Positions 1 to 12,414 of a stretch of DNA of 64,000 nt are shown here, one piece after another. The stretch is from Camelus ferus. Taxonomy: Eukaryota. The DNA lies in assembly GCF_009834535.1 (NCBI RefSeq), contig NC_045696.1, forward strand, positions 46,998,001 to 47,062,000, in the 5' to 3' direction. The position numbers were made by a program, and so were the translations under genes. Under the pieces are notes generated by a model. The model made no database searches. It was given only the letters and a program-made list of their open reading frames with translations, and was not told where the DNA came from. Numbering within the stretch: position 1 is the stretch's first letter; each line of letters starts with the position of its first letter.

Positions 1-619
1 AGGTTGCAGAGTCGACATCCTCAGGACATCCACTCAGATGTCCCTATACTATTTCAGGGTTCTAGGTTTTCCCCACCAGGGCTCTGACTTTCACACAACT
101 AACCTGCCTTGGCTGAGGATTAATATGTCTCTGGAGCTCCGGGACTTTTTCAAGTCTTCAGCATGCTGTTCAACTGTGTCGGCTCTTCTGGCAGAAGACA
201 GGCCTATTTGTAAGCTACCACCCAGGCCCTCTGGCTCTGCTGTTTAGATGCTAACTAATGGTTTACAGCCCTCATCTTCCATAATCTCTGCAGAATGTCA
301 ATGCAACTTAGCAGTAACCAGCCAACCCCTCTATCTTTGTAAGCATTGCTCCCCTCCAAATGTTTCAAATGCCAGTATCATCCCTACCTGTCACAGCATT
401 CACCTCCACTGGAATATTTTCCAGAGAGCATTTACCAAGGCCATCAAGAATGCACTGGTGAGAGGTTACTGAAATCTAGCAATTCAGCTACTGTCTTCTG
501 CCAGAAGCTGTGTGTATTCCACCTACAAAGCCAGACAGTGCCCTTCCTCTGCCTGGTGGTAGACGAGCTAGTACCACACCCCTGTCTTCCTGCATGCTTT
601 TGCTCATACCACTAATGTT
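1..619 (-). mobile_element. ERVL (ERV3-16A3-like) internal region: 5' leader and decayed gag N-terminus, cut off by the window edge
   Basis: The minus strand follows an LTR16-type LTR and is colinear and similar to the ERVL leader/gag at 22560-23147 (e.g. ...tgcta...tggagg...ggttggctggttactgctaag...). Confidence 0.8.
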
Positions 620-984
620 TGTCTGTCTGGGTCCTGTAAAATCAGACACTGAGACTGGGTTAAACATAAAGGGATTTTACTACAGAAAATGCCCATGTGA
701 TGAGGGAGATGGAAAAGTCTGCAAGAGCTGTCGGAACAAGGGCAAGTCTGACTGCCAGTGAGGAAGAGATGGAAAGTTGAAAGCATGTCATTACAGTCTT
801 AGGAAGGCTCAGCAAGGCCGTCAAGGAATCCAGCCAAGATCACCTGTCAGAGAAGGCCTCCTGCAGAACTCAGTCATTGCCTGGAAGCAGCCCTTGGGTG
901 CATTGCCTCTGTTCAGATAGTGGTTTTTCAGTTTGCAGCTGTTGAAGCCTCTGGTCAATTCTGTTCATTTGCATGGCCACCACA
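620..984 (-). mobile_element. LTR16-family ERVL LTR (5' LTR of the element at 1-619)
   Basis: The minus strand starts tgtggtggccatg and ends ggacccagacagaca. It contains an LTR16-like ggctgcttccaggcaatgactgag core. Confidence 0.75.
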
Positions 985-1066
985 GCTTAATCAGTGTTCT
1001 AGTTGCTATTTATGGATAACAAGATACAACAAAATTTTGCAGCTTAAGACCTCATTCTATTTGTAG

Positions 1067-1718
1067 TGTTAAAGAAAAACCAAAATGGAGGCCACAGTTT
1101 GAATATACCCCTAGACCAAACATTCATAGCCACATAACCAGAACTTAAGCTGTCCTGGTTTCCTTGAAATGCTGACTCTGATTTTAAACAAATCTTAAGC
1201 TTTCTTCATGTCAGGGTGAACTTACAGCTTCCTAGCCAATCATCTACAAATTAGTGAGCTTATATAGTGCTGTCACCCTAAAACAAATATAAGTTTCTAG
1301 TAAACCAGTCACAGTAGAAAACAACGTACAGTTTACCCTTGAACAACATGGGTTTAAACTGTGTGGGTCCATTTATACGTGCATTTTTTTTCAATACTAA
1401 GTATAGTACTGCATGGTTGGTTGAATCCAAGGATGCTGAACTGCAGAAAGAGAGGGCCTATGAATTTGGAGAAACCATGTATAGAGAAGGCTGACTATAA
1501 GTTACATGCAGATTTTCCACTGCGCTGAGACAGGTGCTCCTAACCCTAGGGCTGTTCAAGAATCAACTGTATGTTCTCATTCATGCTTTGTAAACTGAAC
1601 TGTAACTGCTGAGACCTGAACTTTGTATCACTTTTGAAGTCTCTCTGTTTATGAACAATTTTTCCTTGCTTGATAAAGTATTTATATTAAGTAAAGCTCT
1701 CTGAATTTTCTTTTGATA
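1067..1718 (+). mobile_element. ERV1-class solo LTR containing a Tigger MITE
   Basis: Starts tgttaaagaaaaaccaaaatggagg and ends ttttgata (degenerate TG...CA). It has CCAAT-like agccaatca and a 4-bp TSD gtag/gtat. Confidence 0.65.
1329..1569 (+). mobile_element. MER8/Tigger2-derived MITE (TcMar-Tigger)
   Basis: Terminal inverted repeats cagtttacccttgaaca ... tgttcaagaatcaactg, flanked by a TA TSD on both sides. Confidence 0.9.
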
Positions 1719-4069
1719 GTATATTCTGTGGGCCAGGAACTCAAATACAGCATATCAAGCATGGCTCGTCTTTTCTCTATAATGTTTCGGGCACTAAGTA
1801 GGAAGACTGGAAGTCTGGGGCAGCTCGGTGTTCAGGGGCTGGATTCCTCTGAAGGCTAATTCACTTATGACAGGCACCTGGGCTGGGATGGTGTGACGAT
1901 GAGGACTGCCCACTAGAGGGCCTACACATGGCCTCTCCATGCGGCTTGACTTTTACAACAGGATGACCTCTGGGTAGTCAGGCATCTTACAGTTTGGCTT
2001 AGGGCTCCAAGTGTAAGCGTTGTAACAGTGAACAAGGAACATCTTTTCTGATCCAACATCTGCTGTATTGTAGCCCACTCAGTCTCATGGGGAAGGGACA
2101 ACCCCTCCCCTCTTTTGATGGGAAGAGTGACATAGTTTTGTGGCCTTTTTTTTAAAACCACCACGGCAGGGTAACAGGATCCTGCAAGGAAGGCTGCAGA
2201 AAACCTGCAGCTTTGTTGCCACCACTAGCTTCCTGGATTTACGCTCCTAACACATTTCAACTTGGATTATAATTGCCTGTTTACTTCTGTTTCGGTCTTC
2301 CTTGTTCTCCTGCACCTGCCACACAGGTGCTTAATAGGCATTCAATTAACTGTTCTTCCCTTAAACCTACTTTGGGAGCAAAACTATGTAGGACAATAAA
2401 ATTACAAGTTCATTTAGTTCAAGTTCTACTGTAAGAGTTAAGTTTTCTTTTCTCCTTCATCTGAATTAAATCCAGGTTGATGAAAACCTGGAATTATCCA
2501 AATAACGAACTTCAGGGAGCTTTTTCAAGATTCTCCCTTTGTCTGAAGTGATTGGTAAACATTTCAACTCCAGTCTGACATACAATTCCAAAATAATAAA
2601 ATCCTAACTTGCCTCCCAAAATGGCCTTTCTAACCAGGGAATTGGGGAACTGAGTTCTTATCCAAAGGTAATTAAATGATCTTAATAGGTAACTAATTAA
2701 GGACTTCTTAAGGACCTTCTCAGTATATTCAATGCAATGTTTACTGCAGTAAGAGAACTATCAGAGGCTTGGAAAGAGTGACAGGCCTTTGTCCTGAAGG
2801 ACATCCAGAACAAATCTTTAACCTTCCCCTACTTATATCTCCCTTTAAAAATATTACCAAAAAGTAAATGAAGAATATTAGATAATAAAATGGATTAAAG
2901 TATTTAATGTTTATCTGCACAGTGGTTAAAATGCAACGTAACAGAAGAAGCAAGAGGGAAATAAATGAGACCACACCAAAATACATCTTATGGCTGTGTG
3001 TCAAATTGTCCCTGAGTTTGTTTAATCTCTATGTGATTTATACATGAAGAGCTAGCTAATTTGTGATATTGTTTGGAGAACTCAGAGGTATCAGATTGAA
3101 GGCAGTTTTTCCAAACTAAAATGAGTTGGGAAGATAAGAAAATCCGCCATTTAAAATAAATTGGCTCAGGGACTAGCTAAAACTCAGTACAAAGCTCTAT
3201 CACGAATGCAATCCTTATTGGAAACTTAGCTTTGACCTATCACTAAATATAAAATTCTTATTTTAGTCTTCTGCAGCAATAGATATCATTTATTTATAAA
3301 TTCGATTTTGCCTGTGACAATTTGCATAGCTTGGTAACTTAGGAAATGTACTGAATTCTAAAGAGAAAACAAAGATCCATTGAAATGAGAAAAACAGCTT
3401 TCCTACCAATCCGTACTTTTCATTATGGATTTGATAAAGCAATAGGCTTACCTTGAGTTATACAGAATCTAATTATTGAACTAGGGCCTGTCTTTTCTTG
3501 AAGACTGGTAGGATTATACTTTATCTTTCTTAAAGTCCCCTTGCTTTTTATAGTCAGACTGGAATAGACAAAGTGGACTGCTGTCTCCATGGTCTGTCTA
3601 TCTCACTTCTGACAGGCCTGTTTAAAGACTATGTATGCAGGGATGGGAGATAGTTCTCTAACTTTGCTTTAGCATAAACTACTGGGTTGAAAGCTTAAAA
3701 TGATAATGAAAAGTACCATGAATCCAGAAAGGTCTGTTTGGGTAGTTATATCCTGATTAGGGATCCATTCTAAAAGTCACAGAGAGAGGGAAAGGAGGGC
3801 ACCTATGCTTGATGTCAATTAAGGCTACAAAACTAAAGAGGAGGTTCTTTTAGTTTGAGAAATGAGTTGAACTTACCTGAGTCTTAAGATAATCATTCAA
3901 TATACATCAATAAGACATGTGTTTTATAATACTGTTCTGTCATTGGTAGTTTCTGGCTATAAAGTCAAGGTAATTCAGGATTAACCCTTATAGATACCAA
4001 AGCTAACATTTAGTGAGCATCTTCTTAGATGTGTAGGGTTCATGATCCTAGTCTATTAAAAACTAGTTC

Positions 4070-4210
4070 ACTAAACGGCGGTTATACTTCTGTTCTGCAG
4101 ACGCCCATCCTCCAGCCGAAAGGGATGTTTTGATTTCCTGTGTTTGAATGGAGCCCATACATCTCTGTGTTTAAATTCTCCACAGTTGAATCTGATATGC
4201 AGCTAGTAGC
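4070..4210. mobile_element. MER5-like hAT-Charlie fragment
   Basis: Degenerate MER5 3' motif: ggagcccatacatctctgtgtttaaattctccacagttgaatctgatatgcagc. Confidence 0.45.
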
Positions 4211-4339
4211 TATATCATCCCTCCAGAAAAGTTACTGCTTCTATCTTGCATCATGTAGCTATGGATAAAAATTCAGAACTACCTCCTTTCTTTTTCAGGA
4301 AATACTGCTTGTTGGATTAACTACATTACCCTGAGCTGT

Positions 4340-5080
4340 TTTGCAATGTGAATGTTCCCTTAGTTATCACTTCGCTCTGTCCACCTTGAGCTTCAACTTC
4401 CTATCAGTACTGTTCTACCATACAATGAAGGTTTTGTCCTTTATGAAGAAGAAAAAAACCAAAATTAAGCAGTTCTGCCTTTTTTCACTGGATGATTTTT
4501 TTAATCCTGTTCTTCAAGCATTAGCGTCTATCCTGTCTATTGCTTTTTCTTTTGAAAGCTTAATTTCGACTTCCTGATGCAGTCCTTTCTTATTTTTTGG
4601 TTATACGCCTGTTCCCTGAAACTGTAATTTGAGTTGTGGAATTTATGTACATGTTTTCCTTTTTTCTTTCCCTCTGTTACCTCCCAGATGATTAAGGAGC
4701 CAGGGTTTAGTTTGAGCCTCCTGTCAGGCCTGAACTGCCTTTCACAACAATAGACTGTCTGGCATTTGAATGCTCTCCCTGCTTTGAAATAAACCTTCCT
4801 AATATCTGGCATACTTTTCAAAATGTACTTGACATTCTTTTCTTTGATTGTAATAGATTCTGAAGGTGTTTTCACAGTCCTCCCGAAGTTTCTATTACTT
4901 CTACTTCTAAAAGCATTAATTTATGTTGATCAGAGTGAAATTAATTCAATGGGAACAAATACTTTTCTTCCAAAAAAAGGATCTTCTTAAAAATCCTGCT
5001 TCACTCTTTTCAGAAGTATTTGTCAGGCAAATCAAGACTTTTGGAGTACAAATTTCCCCCACTATCTGAAATTAGAGTGT
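4340..5080 (-). mobile_element. L3/CR1 LINE ORF2 fragment
   Basis: Minus-strand translation gives CR1-like pieces: KAELLN-type motif (aaggcagaactgcttaatt) and REQAYNQKIRKDCIRKSK from ORF 4537-4875. Confidence 0.65.
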
Positions 5081-5559
5081 TCTGTTAAGCTCTGTGTAAG
5101 CTGAAATGATGTAAAGCAAAGAAGCAATTACCTTAGGACATGTCTTGCTAATGGATGTACAAAATAAATTGAGATAAGACACAGATGCTCAGAGACACAG
5201 TTCAAAGCTATGGCAGCTTGATGCAGACGCTGAGTGTAGTTCTGGGGAAGCTTGGCGGGGCCCCTCTTCATTGCTCGGGGTACATGCTGTCTCTCTAACA
5301 GCTCGCTGCAAAACAAACACTGAATGCAATTTTTGCTTTTTGCCTTTTTTCGTAAAAGCCAGAATCCTCTTTAGGTATCTTTCCATTAGCGAAAATAGAT
5401 ACTAATGTAGGTAGTTTGTAAAAGTGAAGTGGTGTAAAGCAAACTTTTAAAAACTGGGGGATGCCTGTATGTTCTTTTTCTTAGTGTCCCCTCTACAGGA
5501 AACATTCCTCTATCAATGGTCAACTTAGATAAAGTTTTATGTAAATAGACTTTTTCTAT

Positions 5560-5870
5560 TACTTTTTACAATAGAAAAAAATTGGAACCGGCTGACATGT
5601 CCAGTGGTACATAGTTAATATTCCATGGTATACAAGGGCTCTTATTTAGGCAACATTGAAAAAGATGTTTTAAGATATTTCATGACATGGAAAAATACTC
5701 ATGCAATCAAAAAGTAGATTTGAAAATTGCATATAAACAGTATAATATCAGTTCTAAAATATATGCATATAAAAATAAGATTAATCATGTTAGTTATCCT
5801 GTAATGATGATTGCATTATCTGTTTCTTATAAAAGAATTTCCAGACTCTAGTCATATACGCTTTGAAAAT
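5560..5870 (+). mobile_element. L1ME 3' fragment
   Basis: Motifs caatagaaaaaattggaac...catggtata and tgacatggaaaaatactcatg resemble the L1ME ORF2 end and 3' UTR. Confidence 0.55.
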
Positions 5871-6060
5871 AAGGAAAAGTTAATAGACCATTTTAAAAAA
5901 ATCACATATACACGTCTGTTAATGGATGTCTGCTTAGTTGGGGTTCTGTCTCTTTTACACCTTGTTTTATAATCTAATAATCACTTATCAAGTTTAATAC
6001 AGGGACAGAAGAAACAGTTACTTGCTAATAATTGTTCTGATTCTTTTCTCCTTCATGATA

Positions 6061-6290
6061 GCTAGCATTTGAGTGCTTACTATGTGCTTAGGCACAGTGT
6101 CAAGGTTTTTAAGCACATAGTGTTTTATGTATCAAATTTAGATACTACCTAGCTTAAGCCTCAAAAGGAATTTAGTGTTTTATAGATAAGGACACTGAAG
6201 GTCAGACTGTCCAAGGTCACACAGCTGATATGTGGTAAGCTGTATCTGGTTCAAGGTCTCTAATAACAAAGCCTGTAATCTTTCTACTGT
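6061..6290 (-). mobile_element. MIR SINE
   Basis: catttgagtgcttactatgtgc...atagataaggacactgaagg...ccaaggtcacacagct. Confidence 0.8.
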
Positions 6291-6399
6291 AAGTTGAACA
6301 TTACCATGCTTCTTCCATAGTGCTTGGATAATAATTTAGCAGAATTGTTTGGCTATACAACGTAGCTTGTCCATTGCCCTGCTTTTCAATTAGATTTTT

Positions 6400-7662
6400 A
6401 AAATTAAATTAAACTTAATTTTAAGACAATTGTGGATTCATACACAGTAGTAAGAAACAATCCATAGAGATCCTTTGTACCCTTTACCTAATATACATCA
6501 GTGGTATCATCTTGCAAAACCGTGGTACAGTATTATCATCAGGATATTGACATTGACACAGTCAAGATACATCACAACAGGGATCTCTGACATTGAACTT
6601 TTGTAGCCACATCCACCCCCCTCCCACCCCACTTAACCTCTGGCATTTGCAGAAGTGTTCTCTGTTTACATAATTTGTCATTTAAAGAAAAGTTATAAAA
6701 ATAGAATCAAACAGTATGGAACCTCTTGGAACTAGTGTTTAAACTCAGCATACTTCTCTGGAGACGTCATCCTGGTTGTTGTTTGTATCAATAGTTGATG
6801 CCTTTTTATTGCTGAGTAGTTTTCCATGGTATGAATATACCACAGTTTGTTTAACCATTCACCCATTGAAGGCTATCTGTGCTTCTAGTTTTTGACTATT
6901 ACAAATAAAGCTGCTAAGAACATAAGTTTTCATTTTTCTGGGATAAATGCTAGGGGTACAATAGTTGAGTCATATGGTAGTTATGTGTTTAGTTTTTAAA
7001 GAAATTACCGAACTGTCTTCTGGACTGGCTGTGCCATTTTGCATTCCCATTGGCAATGTATGAGTGATTCTGTTTCTCCACATCCTCACCATTGTTTGGA
7101 GTTGTCATTTAAAAAATTTTTTAATTATCATTTAAATTTTTTATTTTTAATTTTTTAAATTAAAAAATTTTTATTGTGATAGATGTGTAGTGATTATCTC
7201 ATTGTAGTTTTAATTTGCATTTTCCTAATGTCTAGTGATGTTGAACTTTTTTTCATGTGCTTTTTTGCTATCTACAGATCTCTAATTAAACATCTCATGT
7301 CTTTTGTCCATTTTCTTTTGGATTCCTTGCTTTTTTTTTTTAACTATTGAGCTTTGAAAGTGCTTCATATATTTTAGATACTAGTCCTTTGCCAGATATA
7401 TGGCTTACAAATATTTCCTCTCAGTCTATAGTTTTTCTTTTCATTCTCTTAACAGTGTCTTTCACAAAGTAAAAGTTTAAATTTTTGATGAAAAATTTAT
7501 AATTTTTTATATTTTTTATAATTATAAATTTATAATTTTTTCCTTTTATGGATCATGCTTTTAGTATCAAATCTCAGAACTTTTTGCCTAGCTCTAGTTA
7601 CTAAAGATTTTCTCTTAATTATTTTCTAAAACTTTTACAGTTTTACATTTTATACCTTAGTT
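6400..7662 (-). mobile_element. L1MC1/2-like LINE, 3' UTR and end of ORF2
   Basis: Diagnostic 3' end: catcttgcaaaac...caggatattgacattgacacagtcaagatac. ORF2-antisense motifs include ttttaatttgcattttcctaatg. Confidence 0.85.
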
Positions 7663-7776
7663 CAGGCTAATTTTCTGCCTCAGTCCTAGAATCAACCATT
7701 CTAGTATTTCCTGTCTGAGTCCTAGAATCGGCCATTTCTCCAAGGAACCCTGGTTCCTTTTTCTGAAGAATGGTAT

Positions 7777-8377
7777 TTTTTGTCTAACTCAAATTTGTGT
7801 GCCCAATACACAGTGAAGCCAAACAAATCAAAACATTGGAGTTTGGAGTAGACAGGTTTATTGCAGGGCCAACCAAGGAGAACAGGGCAGCTCATTCTCA
7901 AAAGAACCGAAACTCCTAAAGGTTTTGGGGAAAAGTTTTTATAGGCAAAATTTGGGGGGAGATCTGCAGGGTGTGTGACCTTCCTTTGATTGCTTGGTGG
8001 TGAGGTAATAGGGTGGTGTTCCAGGCATCTCAGTCATTAGCCTTCTGGTTCCAACTAGTCTAGGGTTCACTTGTTAGAGCTCAGCCTGAAGTTACCATCC
8101 TCCACCTAGGTGGGGCTTTAGTTCCTGTAGAAGAACTAGATATGTATCAAATTGTTATGCACATCCCCCCCCCCCCCCAAGGAGGAACCAGGATCAGGCT
8201 GCATGCTGCACTATTGTTTGTTTCTTCACTCCCTCACTCTCCTAATTAGTAACTGTTTGAACCTGCCCTCTGGAACTCAGGTCTAGGAGGCTGAAACCTT
8301 TTTCCTACAAACAGAAATGGTGGACATGGAGAGGCCTTTGTACTTGGAAGGGCCACACAGGGTCCTGTTCTGTTTCA
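7777..8377 (-). mobile_element. ERV1 solo LTR (ungulate LTR39-like)
   Basis: Ends ...tgtttca (TGAAACA on the minus strand), has an antisense AATAAA (tttatt), and an exact 4-bp TSD gtat at 7773-7776 and 8378-8381. Confidence 0.85.
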
Positions 8378-8574
8378 GTATTAGAAACCAAGATCTAGGC
8401 AATAGGTGTATGTGTTGTAACTGTGATTTCATTGATGTCAGGTCCTGTCAGCCTACAGAACAAGGAAATATGTGTTATACTAATTCATATACTAAAACTT
8501 GCATGTACATAGCTGAAAGTAGTTTTATATGTAACCATCTGGATCTATAATTAAGGTAAACCTGAGTTCATATT

Positions 8575-9406
8575 TGTTGCCAAAACTTGGCCTCCATACC
8601 CTGATTACTGAATTGAGACTGGAGGACAGAGTTTTGATTGAAGCAGAAAAGGAAACTTTATTTCTTTGCCCGGCAAAGGAGGTCACAGTGGGCTAATGCC
8701 TCCAAGACAGTGAGCCTGCTGGGGAAAGAAAGTAGGGAGTTTCATAGTAAAAGTTCAAGAACTCAAGGGTCAGTGCTGGTTTCTATAGAGATCATGCCCA
8801 GGGTAACAGATTGTTGCATAGTTCTTCTTGTTTTTGTAGACTCAATTGGTCCCCTTCCTTCTGCTAGGTATGATGTTTTCCCCCCACTTTGGAAATCTAA
8901 TATTCTTGTGCCTGGCACAAAGGCTGCTTAGGAAATGAGTCTGTGGAAAAGTGCTCTAGAGAAAAACTTGTGCAATTTAAAGTCAGGTTGGTAAATGCTT
9001 CTAGCATTTTAGGCAGGCTGAGGCCTGGGACCTCTTGCTGCAGTGTTTGCGTAGGCTGGGACCTGCACCTCAAACAACAGAATGCAAAAAACCACAAGTG
9101 ACCGATAAATAACTGTGTGCATGCGCATTTGGGGCGAGTTATGAAAAAGATACAGAAAACAGAAACCTAACTGCCATTTCTGAGATACTGGGAAAAAAGC
9201 AGGGCACTGGGGGCAAAAGCAGGGCCCTGAGCATGGTCCCCGCATGCAGCACCAGAAGGGGGTTGGGCAGACCACCCAAGCCTCCCTTCTCTCCAGCCTA
9301 ACTCTGGTTGGCAAGAACATGAGAAAAGCCACTTAAACTAGTATACGATTAAGCAGTTACAAATACCATATGGTCACTAATGACAGTAGGGTCCTTTTCA
9401 GTTACA
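8575..9406 (-). mobile_element. ERV1 solo LTR (cetartiodactyl type)
   Basis: Termini tgttgccaaaac ... cagttaca, an antisense polyA signal ctttatt, and a 4-bp TSD tatt/tact. Confidence 0.8.
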
Positions 9407-10678
9407 TACTGATGTCTCCAACTCTAATCCATTATCAAATGGATCATTCTAGCTTCCTTCCCTTGCTTATCTGTAAATTCCCAACAGTGAGAAAACTAGC
9501 TCCTATCATCTGCCATCTATTTACTTAATCGCTCAATTCCAGTATACATATATAGTGGTATCAGAATTGTTAATCTGTACCCCAATGGGAAACAACTTTA
9601 TTAATGAGAGTACAGTGCTCATGTACAGTTTCTTTTGCTATAGTGTTAGAGACTCCACTCATTTCCAGAGTTAATTTATTCAGCACCTTTTTCCCACCCC
9701 CTTCAGCAAAGTTATGTCATATATTTGTTGTACAATTAGATTGTTTTGTCCCAGTTTGCATTCCATTCTGGAATCCCCTAATCTTCTAAATGACTTTTTT
9801 TTATTTGCATGCATTCATGCTATGAAGTTCTGTGGGTTTTGACAAATGCATGATTTAATGTAGCTACAATTACATTCTAATACAGAATGCATGCCTTAAA
9901 AATATTTCCTGTACTTCACCTATTCAACTGTCCCTCTTTCCCCTCCTTCCTGAAAAACACTGGTCTTTTTACAGTCTCTATGGTTATATCTTTTCCAGAA
10001 TGTCATATAATCGAAATCACGTAGTATATAACTTTCTCTGACTGGCTTCTTTCATTCTGTAATATGCATTTAAAATTAATCCATATTCTTTCCTGGCTTG
10101 ACAGCTCATTTTTTTAATAGCTGACTAATATTCCATTGGGTGGTTGTACCACAGTTTGTTTATCCATTTACTTATTTTAGAATATCTTGGTTGGTTTTAG
10201 TTTTTTGTGACTATGAATAAAGTTGCAATAAACATTCATGTGCAGATTTTTGTGTGGACATGCATTTTCATATAAGTTGAGTAAATATCTAGAAGTATGC
10301 TTGCTGGATTATGTGGTAATCTATATTTAGCTTTGTAAGAAAGTTCCAAACTTTCTTCTAAAGTGACTATATCATTTTTGCACTCCCATCAGCCATGAAT
10401 AAGAGTTCCTGTTGCTCTGCATCATCACCAGCAAATAGGATTCTCAGTTTAAAAAAAAATTGATTATAATAGATGTGTAATAATAAACTATATTTTTATT
10501 CTTAAAAATATACTGGAAGACAGGTTATTTTGCAATGCAGAAGAATTAAAGGCAATGGTACCATTCAAAGACACTGCTAAACACAGACTTTGCCTCCTTC
10601 TCACAGAATTGACCTCACTGCTAAGGAATTTGCTTTAAGACACAGGACAGCCTATGTTTGTAAACATTCTCTAAAATC

Positions 10679-12078
10679 CATGATTCTCAGCCCTATCAGA
10701 CCCACTGTGCCCTTACAACAAATGTTTGTAATGCCTTCTTTTCTGTGCCAAAATGAAATTAATCAGTAATATAACCTAACTATGTGGTTTTAAAAAATCA
10801 ATATAATGTCCTGTCACATACAGGAGAAATTTTAAAAATTAAAAATAAATTATATATTCAGGCATGCAAATATTCAGTCATAAATATATTAAAAGACAAT
10901 GAAGTAGCCAGGTATTAGTACCTTTGTGAGTAAGTGAGGAGATCAGAAGTCATTCTGTACAAGGCATACAGGGAAGTTGAAGCAGTGATATGAGTGGGCA
11001 CTAGAATAAAATCTAGTGTCACCTTTAGCATAATTGAAAGAGAGCTTATTTATATGTAATGGAAAGGAATGACCCCAGTTGATATAGGAATAATATGCCA
11101 AGATAAATTAGACTGTTGAAGTGAAAACAACGGGGATGTATGATGCTTGCAAATGAGCTCAGCATTAGAAGTATGGTGTTAAAATTTCTTATGTTGTGAC
11201 ATGGGCTGTTTGTTAGTGACAAAGTGTCATGTCTCCTCCTATTTTGCAATCCCATTACATGTTGGAACATATGTTCAGTCTCAGCTAAAACAGCCTAGGA
11301 GGCTGTATTCTTCAGGAAGCAATAGGGACTACAGAATAGATTGGGGGAAAAATATAAATAAGAGGCTATGGTGAAACTATATGATAAACCATAAGGGCCA
11401 ATATTGTAGTAAGAGCTGAAAACAGGCAACCCCCAAATAATTTCAGTGCTGTTTTCACAATATAAATTTTTGTCCTTGTACTACAAAAAATAATGTAAGA
11501 ATGTGAAAATTTAAAAACATTTTTATAATGAAATGTAGTGTTCTGCTAGTTTAATAATATTTGGCATCAAATCACAAGAGTAGCTCCAAAGGTATAATAT
11601 ATTTTCAATCTGCCTTGTTGTTTTTGCAATAATTGCATTTCTATACTGAAACCGTTTTTAACTAATATGAACTTTAAAATGCTATGTAACATTGAGTAGA
11701 TAGAAAGTAAATTATTCAATAGTTTTAAAATAGTCTTTATTCCATTTAAGCTTGTCTCTCTATAACATTCCTCTCTTAAATAATGTTGACTTTTTGCAAA
11801 AATATATGGAAAGTCTTTTTAGTATCTCATCGACTAAAGTATCATTAGTTTGTACTTATTGTGGGTTTAGCACCCTTGGATATTAAAAATATGTTCAGGA
11901 AGATTCTCCCTGTGTGGGATTGTCCTGTGTATTTTTTGAGTATCTAACATCCTTGGCCTGGAACCACTAAATGCTTGAGCCTTCATGCCTCTGTCCCCAG
12001 TCATCAGGTAAGCAAAAATGCTCCCTTGTTTCCAAGATGTACTCTCACCTACAGTACTTGCCTTGTTGAGAACCTCAA
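10679..12078. mobile_element. hAT-Charlie element (MER20B/Charlie2-related)
   Basis: The left end catgattctcagccctatcagaccc and the right end ccactaaatgc...gttgagaacc match MER20B-type termini and form degenerate TIRs. Confidence 0.65.
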
Positions 12079-12414
12079 TTAAATCTATGTTTCCTAACCT
12101 TTCATGAGGAATATTGTAAGTTTCAACTGCTTGAGCCTTTAGAGTGAAGTCTAGACAAACAGATTCTGTAATGATTTCCTGATGACTGGAGTGGCCACCA
12201 TGTGTTTGATGAAATGGGAGTTTCAGAACTGAGTTCAAATGATAAATGTCAGATTTTGCAAAAGTGGGTATAAAAAGTGCCCTTGAGGGGTAAACTGGCT
12301 ATTAGAGAAGAAAGCTAGGTCAGAAACTAAATTTGCTCGTTCTGTTGTTGCTTTTTAGTCCATAAAACTGGATTGGGACATGAGAACCAAGAAGAAAACA
12401 TCAACTAGCCTGCA

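Larger units (their letters stand above)
995..2164 (-). mobile_element. MLT1 (G/H-like) MaLR LTR, split by an ERV1 LTR at 1067-1718
   Basis: Typical MLT1 antisense motifs: attctgtgggccaggaactc, cctacacatggcctctccatgcggcttg, cctcttttgatgggaag, and the end ttttaaaaccaccac. Confidence 0.8.
7665..10480 (-). mobile_element. L1MD-like LINE 3' region, interrupted by two ERV1 LTRs
   Basis: The L1MD 3' UTR is continuous across both insertions: gaatggtat|tagaaaccaagatc and gagttca(tact)|gatgtctccaactctaatcc. Confidence 0.85.

Noticed and set aside
4537..4875. 112-aa lysine-rich ORF
   Set aside because: It is explained as a decayed CR1/L3 ORF2 remnant.
7110..7540. AT-rich low-complexity and palindromic tracts
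   Set aside because: These are slippage expansions within an L1.
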